Counted from the stretch's first letter, positions 10,493-20,793 are shown. The stretch is DNA of 64,000 nucleotides from a virus (IMGVR_UViG_3300023184_000062:1-64000), one strand, 5' to 3'. The notes: generated from the sequence alone by a model not told the origin. Translations and numbers: made by a program.

Positions 10493-12020
10493 TCTATCAC
10501 AAAAGCATAAGCCAGAGTGGGCATTGTTCTTACCCGCAGTCAGTAGTTTCTATATTGCTGGCTTGGGTAAACAACGTAAGGGTCAAAACTATTTTGATCA
10601 AGCACGTATCCCTGCAAGTTTCAAGGGTGATGTTGAGAAACTAAACTTCTTAAATAGTAAAGAGGGTTTGTATTACTACAAGTGGGGTTTGTATAGTGCT
10701 GGTCATGCTAACTTAGATACTACAGTTGATGATCCATGTGAGTCAATCATCCGTGAACGTGAAGAAGGTACATTCATGTTGGGTGACTCTGGTGGCTTTC
10801 AGATTTTGAAAGGTCAATGGCCGGCTGATTGGAAGGATCCCAACTGTCCTCGTGCTATGATTAAACGTAAAGCAGTATTGACATGGATGGACACATACAT
10901 GGACTATGGTATGTGTCTGGACATCCCGTCACAATCATTAACTACGTTTGGCATGAAAGATAAGAATGGTAATAGCCTGCATGGTATCAGTACTATTGAA
11001 GAAGCAATATCTGCCACACATATTAATAACGAATACTTTATAAATAATCGCTCAGGGAAATGTAAGTTCTTAAATGTGTTGCAGGGTCGTAATCATACTC
11101 AATCAGATGATTGGTATGAGGAGATGAAGAAGTACTGTGATCCAAACATCTATCCAGACAATCATTTTAATGGTTGGGCATTTGGTGGTCAGAACAAGAT
11201 TGACATTCATTTGACCTTGCGTAGATTGGTTGGTATTATCCATGATGGATTACTACAAGAAGGCAAGCATGACTTGATTCATTGCTTGGGTACAAGTATC
11301 TTAGAGTATGCTGTATTGTTTACTGATATTCAAAAAGCTATACGTAAGTATCATAACCCAAGTCTACAGATTACATTTGATTGTGCTAGTCCATTCTTTA
11401 GTGCTGCCAAAGGTCTTGCTTACTTCAATACAACTATTGAGCATAACAAGAAATGGTCTTATCAAATGGAAAAGACTGCTGAAAAGAAAAGTTACGCTAA
11501 TGACAATCGTAAATACCGTGATGCTGTATTGGCTGATGGGATACATAAATCATTTACTGATAGCCCGGTAACTGATGCGTTAGTAATGAAAGATTTATGC
11601 TATCGTGGGTTAGGCTTTATTGGACAACATGGTAAAGAAACTAAAACAAGCTGGGATACGTTGAGTTATACATTGATTCAAAGTCACAATGTTTGGATGC
11701 ATATGAATGCGGTACAAGAGGCTAATCGTCAATATGAAACAGGTGTAGTGCCAAAGATGTTAACTCACAAGTTTGAAGGTGATAATTTCTTTGGTAACAT
11801 TGTTGATGAAATCTTTAGTAAGAAAACAAAGAAAGAATCATTAGATTTGATTGATTATCACAGTAGTTATTGGAAACAATTTCAATCAGGTAGTCAGGGT
11901 ATTAGCGGTAAGAAAACGGTTAATGCTATGAGTATGTTTGAAGAACTGTTTACCGTAGAGGAAGAACCAATTGAGGAAATAGAAGATAGCGATGAAGCTA
12001 TGTCATTAGTTTTGGAGTAA
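10479..12020 (+). CDS. dpdA: TGT-fold transglycosylase, DpdA-like (7-deazaguanine insertion)
   Basis: GDSGGFQI, LDIP, VLQG, GWAFGG, HCLG, FDCAS motifs; no tRNA-TGT Zn site seen; next to folE/queD/queE. Confidence 0.75.
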   Translation: MKQDNLSQKHKPEWALFLPAVSSFYIAGLGKQRKGQNYFDQARIPASFKGDVEKLNFLNSKEGLYYYKWGLYSAGHANLDTTVDDPCESIIREREEGTFMLGDSGGFQILKGQWPADWKDPNCPRAMIKRKAVLTWMDTYMDYGMCLDIPSQSLTTFGMKDKNGNSLHGISTIEEAISATHINNEYFINNRSGKCKFLNVLQGRNHTQSDDWYEEMKKYCDPNIYPDNHFNGWAFGGQNKIDIHLTLRRLVGIIHDGLLQEGKHDLIHCLGTSILEYAVLFTDIQKAIRKYHNPSLQITFDCASPFFSAAKGLAYFNTTIEHNKKWSYQMEKTAEKKSYANDNRKYRDAVLADGIHKSFTDSPVTDALVMKDLCYRGLGFIGQHGKETKTSWDTLSYTLIQSHNVWMHMNAVQEANRQYETGVVPKMLTHKFEGDNFFGNIVDEIFSKKTKKESLDLIDYHSSYWKQFQSGSQGISGKKTVNAMSMFEELFTVEEEPIEEIEDSDEAMSLVLE

Positions 12021-12024
12021 TAAT

Positions 12025-12234
12025 ATGTATAAACAACGAATTGCTAAACTACAACAACGGGCCATAGACCTTGACAAGGAAATCTTGAAGGCAGAAAAGG
12101 ACAGTAACTTTAACAAAGACGCCCTTAAAGCTATGCTGATAGACAGAAATGATGTATACTCTGAGATAAGAAGATATACAAAACTTCAATGGGATGAAGA
12201 TCACGAACGTGTTAACTTTGAGGATGATAGATAA
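12025..12234 (+). CDS. Small coiled-coil hypothetical protein
   Basis: ORF in operon. Confidence 0.65.
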   Translation: MYKQRIAKLQQRAIDLDKEILKAEKDSNFNKDALKAMLIDRNDVYSEIRRYTKLQWDEDHERVNFEDDR

Positions 12235-12686
12235 TGAATCAACAAGAACAAGCTGATATGGAAAAGCGTCAACGCATTAAAGATAAAGCATTTCGTACAA
12301 TCTTTGTACGATTTCAAAAAGAAGGTATTCACAAATACCCCGCAGCAGCAACAGACCCTAACTTGGCAACAGGTGATGAGTATGATGTTAGCTTTTTAGC
12401 AACTCCACATCGTCACATCTTTCATTTTGAAGTGACGATTGAAGTATTTCACAACGACCGTGATATTGAGTTTATTCAATTCAAGCGATGGTTAGAGAAT
12501 CAATATTCTCAAGGCATTCTTGCATTGGATTACAAAAGTTGTGAAATGATTAGTGATGACCTTTTTGAGGTTATTGCAACTCGGTATCCAAGTCGTAATA
12601 TCAAAATCAAAGTCTCTGAAGATGATGAGAATGGTGCTACGATTTCTTATAATAGAACTCAACCTTATCGTAACCTCGCTATTTAA
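12234..12686 (+). CDS. QueD-like T-fold protein, DpdL-like (putative CDG decarboxylase)
   Basis: EGIH...LATPHRHIF (LxxxHRHxF), DRDIEF, SCE, SEDDENG. Confidence 0.65.
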   Translation: MNQQEQADMEKRQRIKDKAFRTIFVRFQKEGIHKYPAAATDPNLATGDEYDVSFLATPHRHIFHFEVTIEVFHNDRDIEFIQFKRWLENQYSQGILALDYKSCEMISDDLFEVIATRYPSRNIKIKVSEDDENGATISYNRTQPYRNLAI

Positions 12687-12699
12687 AAGGAAATATAAA

Positions 12700-12906
12700 A
12701 TGGCAAAACAAACTTTTCAATCAAACCCACGTGTTCAACAAATCTTTGAGGACCTAGAGAAATATCTAGAATTCTGTGTGGATTTTGGTTATAAGTACAA
12801 TGAAGCAGAACTCTATGATCAACGGAGTTATGTATATCGTCAGTATACTAAATTTGCTACAGGCAAATTTGCTAAAGATCAATGGCAGGAAAACGCTCGT
12901 CCATAA
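12700..12906 (+). CDS. Hypothetical protein
   Basis: AAGGA SD before ATG 12700; stop overlaps next start. Confidence 0.7.
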   Translation: MAKQTFQSNPRVQQIFEDLEKYLEFCVDFGYKYNEAELYDQRSYVYRQYTKFATGKFAKDQWQENARP

Positions 12907-14081
12907 TGCGTAAGCTATATTACATGGGTCTTGAACCCTACAAAGCAAGGTATACTCTACAGTTACAAGACTGGAATACTACTGTGTTTGATCGTAGAGG
13001 CATCAACTATGTTGTAGTCCCCGGAGAAACACTAGGTAATGATCAAGCTATTGTAACTGGTCAAGTATTAGATGCACATGGTCGTACATATTTTGGTATG
13101 AGTCAACTTATGAATATAATTCGTATGATGAAACAAGGAGAATTGAATAATGAAGATGTTATCTACTTTGAGGACATGTTTCAGCCCGGAATTGAAAGTC
13201 TTCCGTACATTCTTAAACAAATCGACCCTATTCACAGGCCTAGGATTTTTGTTCGTTGTCTTGCCCAGTCTATTGATCCTGATGATTTTGTACATGTTTG
13301 GGGCATGTCAGAGTTTATGGGCCATTATGAAAAGATGGTTGATTCGTTCGTAGATGGTGTACTAGCAACTAATGAAGAAATGGTAATGCACATGAAGATT
13401 GCAGGTTGGAAGTCTCCAATCTACAATATCAGTGGGTTAGCATTCGGCAAGAGTGAAGTACAAAGTCGTGTCGCAAGTATCAAACCATTCAATGAACGAA
13501 AGAATCGTGTAGTATTCTCTGCACGATGGGATCAGGAGAAACAACCTGACTTCTATATGGACCTCATTGAACAATGGCACCAAGAAAAACCATACAATGA
13601 TGTTGAATTCTGTGTATGTAGCGGTGGTAAACTTAAATCAAATAGCGAAAGCTATATGGCACGTACACGTAATCTAGAAGCTAACGGTCTACTAAAAATC
13701 TATGAGGATTTAGAAAAGAATGATTATTACAATATTGTTAATGAATCTCGTGTTGTGTTCAATTGCGCTTTACAAGATTGGGTTTCGAATACGGTCAGCG
13801 AAGCAGATGCTCTTGGCTGCAATGTGTTGTATCCTGCATATCGTAGTTTTCCTGAAACTTTCGCTAACGATCCTGACCGTTTGTATATCCCTTGGTCTAT
13901 TGATAATGCTATTGGTAAGTTGCGCCGACTACTTCAAGAGCCTCATAAAAACATGGGAAAGATAAGTGACCGTAATGATAGCACAGTTGATAGAATCTGT
14001 GATATACTTGAAGGCAAGGGTGAGTCTATGCTACGAATGGGTGTAGACTATCGTAAATATACTAGAGAAAGCAAATACTGA
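12906..14081 (+). CDS. GT-B (GT4-like) glycosyltransferase
   Basis: FSARWDQEKQP, SEADALGCNVLYP...SFPE. Confidence 0.85.
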   Translation: MRKLYYMGLEPYKARYTLQLQDWNTTVFDRRGINYVVVPGETLGNDQAIVTGQVLDAHGRTYFGMSQLMNIIRMMKQGELNNEDVIYFEDMFQPGIESLPYILKQIDPIHRPRIFVRCLAQSIDPDDFVHVWGMSEFMGHYEKMVDSFVDGVLATNEEMVMHMKIAGWKSPIYNISGLAFGKSEVQSRVASIKPFNERKNRVVFSARWDQEKQPDFYMDLIEQWHQEKPYNDVEFCVCSGGKLKSNSESYMARTRNLEANGLLKIYEDLEKNDYYNIVNESRVVFNCALQDWVSNTVSEADALGCNVLYPAYRSFPETFANDPDRLYIPWSIDNAIGKLRRLLQEPHKNMGKISDRNDSTVDRICDILEGKGESMLRMGVDYRKYTRESKY

Positions 14082-14082
14082 T

Positions 14083-14370
14083 ATGTCAAGAATTCCAACA
14101 GACTTAACAGATGAAGAAATTGAAGAATGCATTGATGGCAGCAGCGATGTTGATATGATACGTGAAATCATGACCATGGAAGATGTGTGGGATGAAGGTA
14201 GTACTCATATCAATGAAGAAAACTTTGCTACACGTTTTGCTTATGCGATTGAAGGCTTCATTGATGCTGATGATCATACACCTGAATATGATGAAGCATG
14301 GGATAACAACTATGAGTGGGCATTGAGTATTGCCGAGAACATCAACGATTTATTAACTGAGGAAGAATAA
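14083..14370 (+). CDS. Highly acidic hypothetical protein
   Basis: ORF; D/E-rich. Confidence 0.65.
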   Translation: MSRIPTDLTDEEIEECIDGSSDVDMIREIMTMEDVWDEGSTHINEENFATRFAYAIEGFIDADDHTPEYDEAWDNNYEWALSIAENINDLLTEEE

Positions 14371-14371
14371 A

Positions 14372-14788
14372 ATGACAACATGGACATTAAAAACTCAACA
14401 TAAAAAAAGTGCGGTTGAAAAACAATATTGGTATAAAGACGGCAAACAAATTGTCCGTACTGAAGGATATCGTTGGGGAACATTCTATTGTGAAAGTGAT
14501 GAACAACCTGAAATTGATTTAGTCAATGAGGATGGTTATCGCATCGGTAGTGATGATTATGAATGGGAACTTGACAGTCTTGATGACGGATGTTATGCTG
14601 ATTGGGAATTCCCTGAGGATATGAGTGAAGAAGAACAAGATAAAATCATGGATGCATGGAATGAAGAATTCTATGAAGGTCTAGAAGAATTGGGTTGGAG
14701 TTGTGATGACACTGATTACATCCTTGAAGGTCCTCTAGAGTTGTTAGATGAAGATGATAATATTGTGGGTCAAGGCGATCCAAGCTAA
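14372..14788 (+). CDS. Acidic hypothetical protein
   Basis: ORF with GAGG SD. Confidence 0.7.
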   Translation: MTTWTLKTQHKKSAVEKQYWYKDGKQIVRTEGYRWGTFYCESDEQPEIDLVNEDGYRIGSDDYEWELDSLDDGCYADWEFPEDMSEEEQDKIMDAWNEEFYEGLEELGWSCDDTDYILEGPLELLDEDDNIVGQGDPS

Positions 14789-14812
14789 ATAAATTTTTAA
14801 AAGGAAAATAAA

Positions 14813-15001
14813 ATGAACGCACATAATGATATTAAAACACAATTGGCAGCATACGAAGCCGAACATGAAAAGTTTGAAAAAGGTAATGCAGCAGCAGGAA
14901 CTCGTGCCCGTAAAGCATTGGGTGAATTAGCTAAAGCAGTTAAGGCTCGCCGTAACGAAATTACCGCTGAGAAAGCCGCACGTAAAGAAGCTAAGGCTTA
15001 A
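14813..15001 (+). CDS. Histone H1-like (Hc1 family) protein
   Basis: KGNAAAGTRARKAL.EL.K..K..R signature. Confidence 0.8.
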   Translation: MNAHNDIKTQLAAYEAEHEKFEKGNAAAGTRARKALGELAKAVKARRNEITAEKAARKEAKA

Positions 15002-15003
15002 TC

Positions 15004-15210
15004 ATGGCAACCCGCAAAAAGAAAACAGAAACTATTGATGCTACTGGACAAGATGTAGTAAAGATAGTTAAAGGTAATCACTTAACAGTTACAACATTTC
15101 CAAATGGTAAAACTGAATTAGTTTGGGACGATGAAGCCCTATTGCGGGAAGTTACCGAAGCTATTGCTAGCGTTAAGCCAGCAAAAAAATCAAAAGCAAA
15201 ATCAAAGTGA
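15004..15210 (+). CDS. Small basic hypothetical protein
   Basis: ORF. Confidence 0.6.
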   Translation: MATRKKKTETIDATGQDVVKIVKGNHLTVTTFPNGKTELVWDDEALLREVTEAIASVKPAKKSKAKSK

Positions 15211-15282
15211 TAAATAAATATGTAAGCAGCACAACGGTTGCTTACATTTCAAAACACAAACCATCACAAAGGAAGGTTATCT

Positions 15283-15957
15283 ATGAGTTATAATAAAACA
15301 AAAACAGATCCAGAGTTGGGTCAAAAAGTACATGAACATTTGGTTAAGATGGGAGTTGAGACTCCTACTATTCCAAATAAACTAATTCGTACAGACAAAA
15401 TTCACATCATTGAAGGTCATTTCAAATCTATCATGGAAACAATGGGGCTTGACCTAAGTGATGATAGTTTGATTGAAACACCAAAGCGTGTGGCAAAGAT
15501 GTATGTCAACGAAATCTTTTGGGGACTTGACTATGATGCATTCCCTAAATGTACAGCAGTTGACAATAAGATGAAGTACAACGAAATGGTATGCGAACGC
15601 AATATCAATGTACAAAGTAACTGTGAACATCACTTTGTAGTTATTGATGGTCTAGCTACTGTCGCATATGTTCCCAATCAAAAAGTGCTTGGATTGAGTA
15701 AAATCAATCGCATTGTAGAATACTTTAGCAAGCGTCCACAAATTCAAGAACGATTGACTGAACAAATCTTCCACACACTACAATTTATTCTTGACACAGA
15801 AGATGTAGCAGTTATGATTGACGCACAACATTATTGTGTTAAAAGTCGTGGTGTAGAAGATACAGGTAGTAGCACTGTTACAAGTAAGCTAGGTGGCGGA
15901 TTCAAGTCAGACCCAGCTGCAAGAGCAGAATTCTATCAACTAGCAAGGAAACAATAA
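15283..15957 (+). CDS. folE: GTP cyclohydrolase I
   Basis: TPKRVAKM, CEHH, GLSKINR, RPQIQERLT, HYCVKSRG. Confidence 0.96.
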   Translation: MSYNKTKTDPELGQKVHEHLVKMGVETPTIPNKLIRTDKIHIIEGHFKSIMETMGLDLSDDSLIETPKRVAKMYVNEIFWGLDYDAFPKCTAVDNKMKYNEMVCERNINVQSNCEHHFVVIDGLATVAYVPNQKVLGLSKINRIVEYFSKRPQIQERLTEQIFHTLQFILDTEDVAVMIDAQHYCVKSRGVEDTGSSTVTSKLGGGFKSDPAARAEFYQLARKQ

Positions 15958-16196
15958 TGGGTTATCGCAAATCAATGGACTACAATAGTGTTCATCATCA
16001 AATTTATATGGCTGGAGTGGATCTGAATGATGATTATTACCATGACGGTTTCACCCAATGGGAAATAAAAAAAGATTTACATCGTATCAAATGGTTGCTA
16101 GATGAAATAATGGCTGATGCTCCAACATTTGCAGGAGAAGAAGAATTCTTAGATGAACATTCTAAAGTAAAGATGTGGAGAACATTGAAAAAATGA
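15957..16196 (+). CDS. Hypothetical protein
   Basis: Overlapping ORF in operon. Confidence 0.65.
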   Translation: MGYRKSMDYNSVHHQIYMAGVDLNDDYYHDGFTQWEIKKDLHRIKWLLDEIMADAPTFAGEEEFLDEHSKVKMWRTLKK

Positions 16197-16660
16197 TATT
16201 CAATAGAATTAAAGAATTAAAACTACAAGGCCTAAAGATAGGTATTGTATTCTCACAATTTGATATACTACATGCTGGTCATATCGCAATGCTTAGTGAA
16301 GCCAAGAATCATTGCGATTACCTCATTGCTGGATTACAGAATAACGCACAGTGGGATAGACCAGATAAGAATGCGCCCATTCAAAGTATTGTTGAACGCC
16401 AAATCAGTTTAAGTGCTGTGCGTTTTGTAGATGAGATAGTTGTTTACAATACTGAAAAAGATTTGGAAGATATCTTATTGACATTGCCCGTAGATGTGCG
16501 TATACTAGGGGTTGAGTACATGGAGAAAGACTTTACTGGACGTGCAATCTGTGAGAAGCGTAAGATTGAATTAGTATTCAACAGTCGTGACCACAGTTTC
16601 AGTAGCAGCAGTTTACGTAAACGTGTATCAGAAGCAGAACAAAATAAGGTAAAACAATGA
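16193..16660 (+). CDS. TagD-like cytidylyltransferase
   Basis: FDILHAGH, ER...L.AVRFVDE, R...FSSSSLR. Confidence 0.88.
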   Translation: MIFNRIKELKLQGLKIGIVFSQFDILHAGHIAMLSEAKNHCDYLIAGLQNNAQWDRPDKNAPIQSIVERQISLSAVRFVDEIVVYNTEKDLEDILLTLPVDVRILGVEYMEKDFTGRAICEKRKIELVFNSRDHSFSSSSLRKRVSEAEQNKVKQ

Positions 16661-17514
16661 CAAAAAAAATTCTAATTATGGGCTTGCCAGGCGCAGGAAA
16701 AACATTCTTAGCTACGGCATTGAAGAAATACATTGAAGAACATTCAGGTATTCATCACTTTCCAATGGAACGATCAATCAACATTGAATATGTTCCGCAT
16801 GACTACAAATGTACTGTAGATTGGTTCAATGCTGATGAAATTCGCAAAAGATTTAATGATTGGGACTTCAGCCGTGAAGGTCGTATTCGTCAATCATTAC
16901 GTATGGCTGAGTTTGCATTGAAATGTACTAGCGACTTTGTTATCTGTGACTTTGTTGCACCATTAGTTGAGATGCGTAATAACTTCAAAGCTGATTGGAC
17001 TATCTGGGTTGATACCATTGACCAAGGTCGTTTTGATGATACAAATAAAGCATTTATTCCACCAGAAGTATATGATTTCCGTATCACAGAACAAAACGCT
17101 GACAAGTGGGCAGAGTTTATTGGGCAACATATACTAGACAATCGCCGTAGACCAGTCTTTGATTGGAAGAAAGAAACGGTACAGATGCTAGGTCGTTGGC
17201 AACCATGGCATGCCGGACATCGTGCATTGTTTGAACGATTGATAGCAAAGACTGGGCAAGTTGTTATTCAAGTACGTGATGTACAAGGATGGCAAGGAAG
17301 TAATCCTTTCGCTATTGAACAAGTTAAAGGATTTATTCGTAGAGATTTGGATCCAATCTTTCAAGGACAATATGAGATACAAGTTGTACCTAATATTGTT
17401 CATATTGGATGGGGACGTGGTGTGGGTTATACATCAGGTGAGGAAACATTTGATGAAAGTATCACCCAAATTAGTGCCACAAATATCCGAAAAGAAATGA
17501 ATTTAGGTAAATAG
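16657..17514 (+). CDS. APS-kinase-like P-loop kinase fused to HIGH-type nucleotidyltransferase
   Basis: GLPGAGKT, NADEIR, DFS.EGR.RQ; C-terminal GRWQPWHAGH and ISATNIR. Confidence 0.8.
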   Translation: MTKKILIMGLPGAGKTFLATALKKYIEEHSGIHHFPMERSINIEYVPHDYKCTVDWFNADEIRKRFNDWDFSREGRIRQSLRMAEFALKCTSDFVICDFVAPLVEMRNNFKADWTIWVDTIDQGRFDDTNKAFIPPEVYDFRITEQNADKWAEFIGQHILDNRRRPVFDWKKETVQMLGRWQPWHAGHRALFERLIAKTGQVVIQVRDVQGWQGSNPFAIEQVKGFIRRDLDPIFQGQYEIQVVPNIVHIGWGRGVGYTSGEETFDESITQISATNIRKEMNLGK

Positions 17515-17587
17515 ATATAGCGGTCTTCGGTCATCATCCCGCTTTACAAATTCTGCTGCCTATGCTATAATAACATAGGAGAACATC

Positions 17588-18067
17588 ATGGCAAAATATA
17601 TTTCAACAAAGACTTACAAACAAATAGGTCCAGTAGCTTATCGTCAATGGCGTGCCGATAGTCATTGCAATCTAATACATGGCTACGCACTTTCATTTCA
17701 TTTTGAATTTGAAGCTGATACATTAGACGCACGTAATTGGGTAACAGACTTCGGGGGTCTAAAGCCTCTAAAATCTGTATTAGAAGATTGGTTTGATCAT
17801 ACATTATTAGTCGCACAAGATGACCCAATGCGTGAACATTTACTTGAGTTAGGTAAACTGAAATTAGCAAAGATTACAGAAGTTGAAAAGACTGGCTGTG
17901 AGGGTATTAGTGATTTCTTATACGAATACATTAACACTATTCTATTGCCTAGCTTTGGTGCTAGTGAAGCAGAACGTGTTTGGTGTAGCAAAGTAGAAGT
18001 AAGAGAAACTGACGCTAACATGGCAATGCGTGTTGGACATAGAGAAGATAACGAATTTCAGGATTAA
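17588..18067 (+). CDS. queD: 6-carboxytetrahydropterin synthase
   Basis: HCNLIHGY, DFGGLK, FDH, GCEG, VRET. Confidence 0.9.
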   Translation: MAKYISTKTYKQIGPVAYRQWRADSHCNLIHGYALSFHFEFEADTLDARNWVTDFGGLKPLKSVLEDWFDHTLLVAQDDPMREHLLELGKLKLAKITEVEKTGCEGISDFLYEYINTILLPSFGASEAERVWCSKVEVRETDANMAMRVGHREDNEFQD

Positions 18068-18068
18068 C

Positions 18069-18917
18069 ATGGCAAAATTAAAAATCGCAGAACTATTCTA
18101 TAGCATTCAGGGCGAAGGTCGATACATGGGCGTACCCTCAGTCTTTCTACGTACATTCGGATGTAACTTCAAATGTGCTGGCTTTGGTATGCCTAAAGGA
18201 GAACTAAGTCGTGAAGTAGAAGATATAGCTGCCCGTGTTCATTACTATACTGATTATAAACAACTACCATTAGTTAGCACAGGATGTGATAGCTATGCTA
18301 GTTGGGATCCTAGATTCAAAGACCTAAGTCCAATGCTTGAAACAGATAGTATTGTTGATAGCATTATGGATATGCTTCCATACAAGCGTTGGATGAGTGA
18401 ACATCTTGTTATCACAGGGGGTGAACCATTGCTAGGTTGGCAACGTAGTTATGTGGATTTACTTTCACATGAAAACATGCGTGGATTACAAGAATTAACT
18501 TTTGAAACTAACGGTACTCAATCATTACAACAAGACTTGAAAATCTATTTACACCAGTGGGCTATTAATCGTTCTAAGGGAGCAATTACATTTAGCGTTA
18601 GTCCTAAACTAAGTATCAGTGGTGAGAAGTGGGAAGAAGCAATAAGACCTGAAGTTGTATATGAATATACTCAAGTGGGTCATGTATATCTTAAGTTTGT
18701 TGTAGCAAATAAACAAGATGTAGAAGAAGCACAAGAAGCGGTTAATGAATACAGTAAGCGTGGCTTCAGAGGTCATGTATATTTGATGCCTTGTGGTGGA
18801 GTTGAAAGTTTATATAATATGAATGCTAGAACAGTTGCTAATGAAGCAATGCGTTTGGGCTGGCGTTATAGTGATAGATTACAAGTGCCATTGTTTAAGA
18901 ACGAGTGGGGAACTTAA
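18069..18917 (+). CDS. queE: 7-carboxy-7-deazaguanine synthase (radical SAM)
   Basis: ELFYSIQGEG..G.PSVFLR.FGCN, TGGEP, ETNG, SVSPK. Confidence 0.92.
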   Translation: MAKLKIAELFYSIQGEGRYMGVPSVFLRTFGCNFKCAGFGMPKGELSREVEDIAARVHYYTDYKQLPLVSTGCDSYASWDPRFKDLSPMLETDSIVDSIMDMLPYKRWMSEHLVITGGEPLLGWQRSYVDLLSHENMRGLQELTFETNGTQSLQQDLKIYLHQWAINRSKGAITFSVSPKLSISGEKWEEAIRPEVVYEYTQVGHVYLKFVVANKQDVEEAQEAVNEYSKRGFRGHVYLMPCGGVESLYNMNARTVANEAMRLGWRYSDRLQVPLFKNEWGT

Positions 18918-19011
18918 TGGATTATTTTTGGGGATTCTTACTTGGATATATAGTAGGTGTATTATACATGTGCTATCGTTCCAATATAGATGCTAGAGTG
19001 GATAGAGAATA

Positions 19012-19257
19012 ATGCCATCAAGTGATTGGCCTACACAATCAGCCGGTGATTATCATTTTAAAAAATGTATTATGGGTAGAAAATTAAAGTTTACCCTATT
19101 GCCTAGACGTTGCTATATAACAAAGCGTATAATATGGTTAGAGAGTGCATATTGTATTACCGCAGGATATCAAACAGGATTCGCAGATTGGTTGTTTGAA
19201 CATCGTTGGTATGATAAAGATGAATATTTAGTAGCAAGATTAAAGGATTTAATATGA
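19012..19257 (+). CDS. Hypothetical protein
   Basis: ORF. Confidence 0.6.
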   Translation: MPSSDWPTQSAGDYHFKKCIMGRKLKFTLLPRRCYITKRIIWLESAYCITAGYQTGFADWLFEHRWYDKDEYLVARLKDLI

Positions 19258-19448
19258 GATTTGAAATGCGTTGGCTCATTACAGCAGGGTGGGATGGACC
19301 TGAAAAAATACTACAATATCGGTATGAAACAGAAATAACAGACTATTCTACACAGAACCCTAGAACAGGTGGGTTTCTTAAACGTGCAGGATTTACAGAA
19401 TGGTGTACTGTGCCTGAAGTAGATGAGGTATGGAATGCGGACATATAA
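19254..19448 (+). CDS. Hypothetical protein
   Basis: ORF. Confidence 0.55.
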   Translation: MRFEMRWLITAGWDGPEKILQYRYETEITDYSTQNPRTGGFLKRAGFTEWCTVPEVDEVWNADI

Positions 19449-20793
19449 TAAAAGAATAGGCTTTCTAATTGCCGATCAGCACTTTATCCCACATGGTGGA
19501 ATAGGACAATTTGCTAAAGGCTTTACTGAAATGTGTCAACGTATCAACTGGAAAGTTGATATCATACTAGACAAACAACCAACAAATGAGTTTAGCGACT
19601 ATGTAAAATCATTAGGTGCTAATATTGTCTACCCTGAAAATCCATTACGCTATTCATCACATACTGCTACGTTCGCATTTAGTGATAGTATTAACTTTGA
19701 AAAAATGGTTAACTTCAGAGAAAGTATACTACAGGCTTTTCAAACTAATATATATGATATGTTAATATGTAATACTCAGGAAGCAATGAGTGCTGCTTAT
19801 GCCATGGGCATTGGTAAGTATATCCCAGTAGTATTCTATACACATTCATACAGCATGGTCTTCCGTGATGAACAAGATTTCAGCGATGTATGCATAGATG
19901 AATATCACAACTATTTTAATAAGCATATGGAACTATCACATAGTTTTGTAGGCACACAAAGTCAAAAGAATGTTGATGAGATGACTAAGTATGGAGCAAA
20001 GAATGTTTCACTATTACGTATGCCATTAAGTGAACGTGGATTACTGGACCCTAGTATTGGTCCTCGTAGTGGTGTATTGTTTATTGGACGATGGGAAGAA
20101 CGTAAGAATCCAGCCGCCTATATTAAAGTAATGAAAGAAACAGGGTTGCCCTGTAAAGTAATGACTAATGGTAATGGTGCTAAGAAGTTTGAAAAAGCAT
20201 TTAGTGAAGCTGGTATCACAGATTATGAAATCAAAATTGCTATCGTTGGGCAAGAGAAAGTAGATTTCATTAAGAGTTGTAAAGTATTCTTTATGCCAGC
20301 ATTGGGTGAGAACTATCCATTTGCCTTTAGCGAATGTCTCGGACATATGCCATGTGTTGTATTGGATAATCAAGAATGGTCTGATAACTTTGATAGTAAG
20401 TATTTCTATAAAGAGAAACTAGCCAATGCTGGAAATCTAATTAAATTATTATACAATGTTGACAACTACTATGATACCGGCGCATTAGATTATATCAATC
20501 AATTAGACAATGATACTGCACAAGGTTGGATACAATTCTTAGATAACTTTGTAGCAAAGCGTAGCAATACTAATGCCGCAAAGATTAACAACTATGAAAC
20601 AGTATGTTATAGAGATTATATTAAAGAGTTAGATCGTGGGCATTTGGCTCGGGAAGATTTTGAAAGTGTATTGGCTAATCGTCATAAGTTTATCATTAAT
20701 ACATACACAGATGATAATAGCTATTTAAGTAAAGACCCGGTTTATAAACCAATTGAAGAGGAAACAGGTGAAAGTCTGTTTGAATTTGTATGA
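19435..20793 (+). CDS. GT-B (GT4-like) glycosyltransferase
   Basis: HGGIGQF, LFIGRWEERKNP, MPALGENYPFAFSEC. Confidence 0.85.
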   Translation: MRTYNKRIGFLIADQHFIPHGGIGQFAKGFTEMCQRINWKVDIILDKQPTNEFSDYVKSLGANIVYPENPLRYSSHTATFAFSDSINFEKMVNFRESILQAFQTNIYDMLICNTQEAMSAAYAMGIGKYIPVVFYTHSYSMVFRDEQDFSDVCIDEYHNYFNKHMELSHSFVGTQSQKNVDEMTKYGAKNVSLLRMPLSERGLLDPSIGPRSGVLFIGRWEERKNPAAYIKVMKETGLPCKVMTNGNGAKKFEKAFSEAGITDYEIKIAIVGQEKVDFIKSCKVFFMPALGENYPFAFSECLGHMPCVVLDNQEWSDNFDSKYFYKEKLANAGNLIKLLYNVDNYYDTGALDYINQLDNDTAQGWIQFLDNFVAKRSNTNAAKINNYETVCYRDYIKELDRGHLAREDFESVLANRHKFIINTYTDDNSYLSKDPVYKPIEEETGESLFEFV

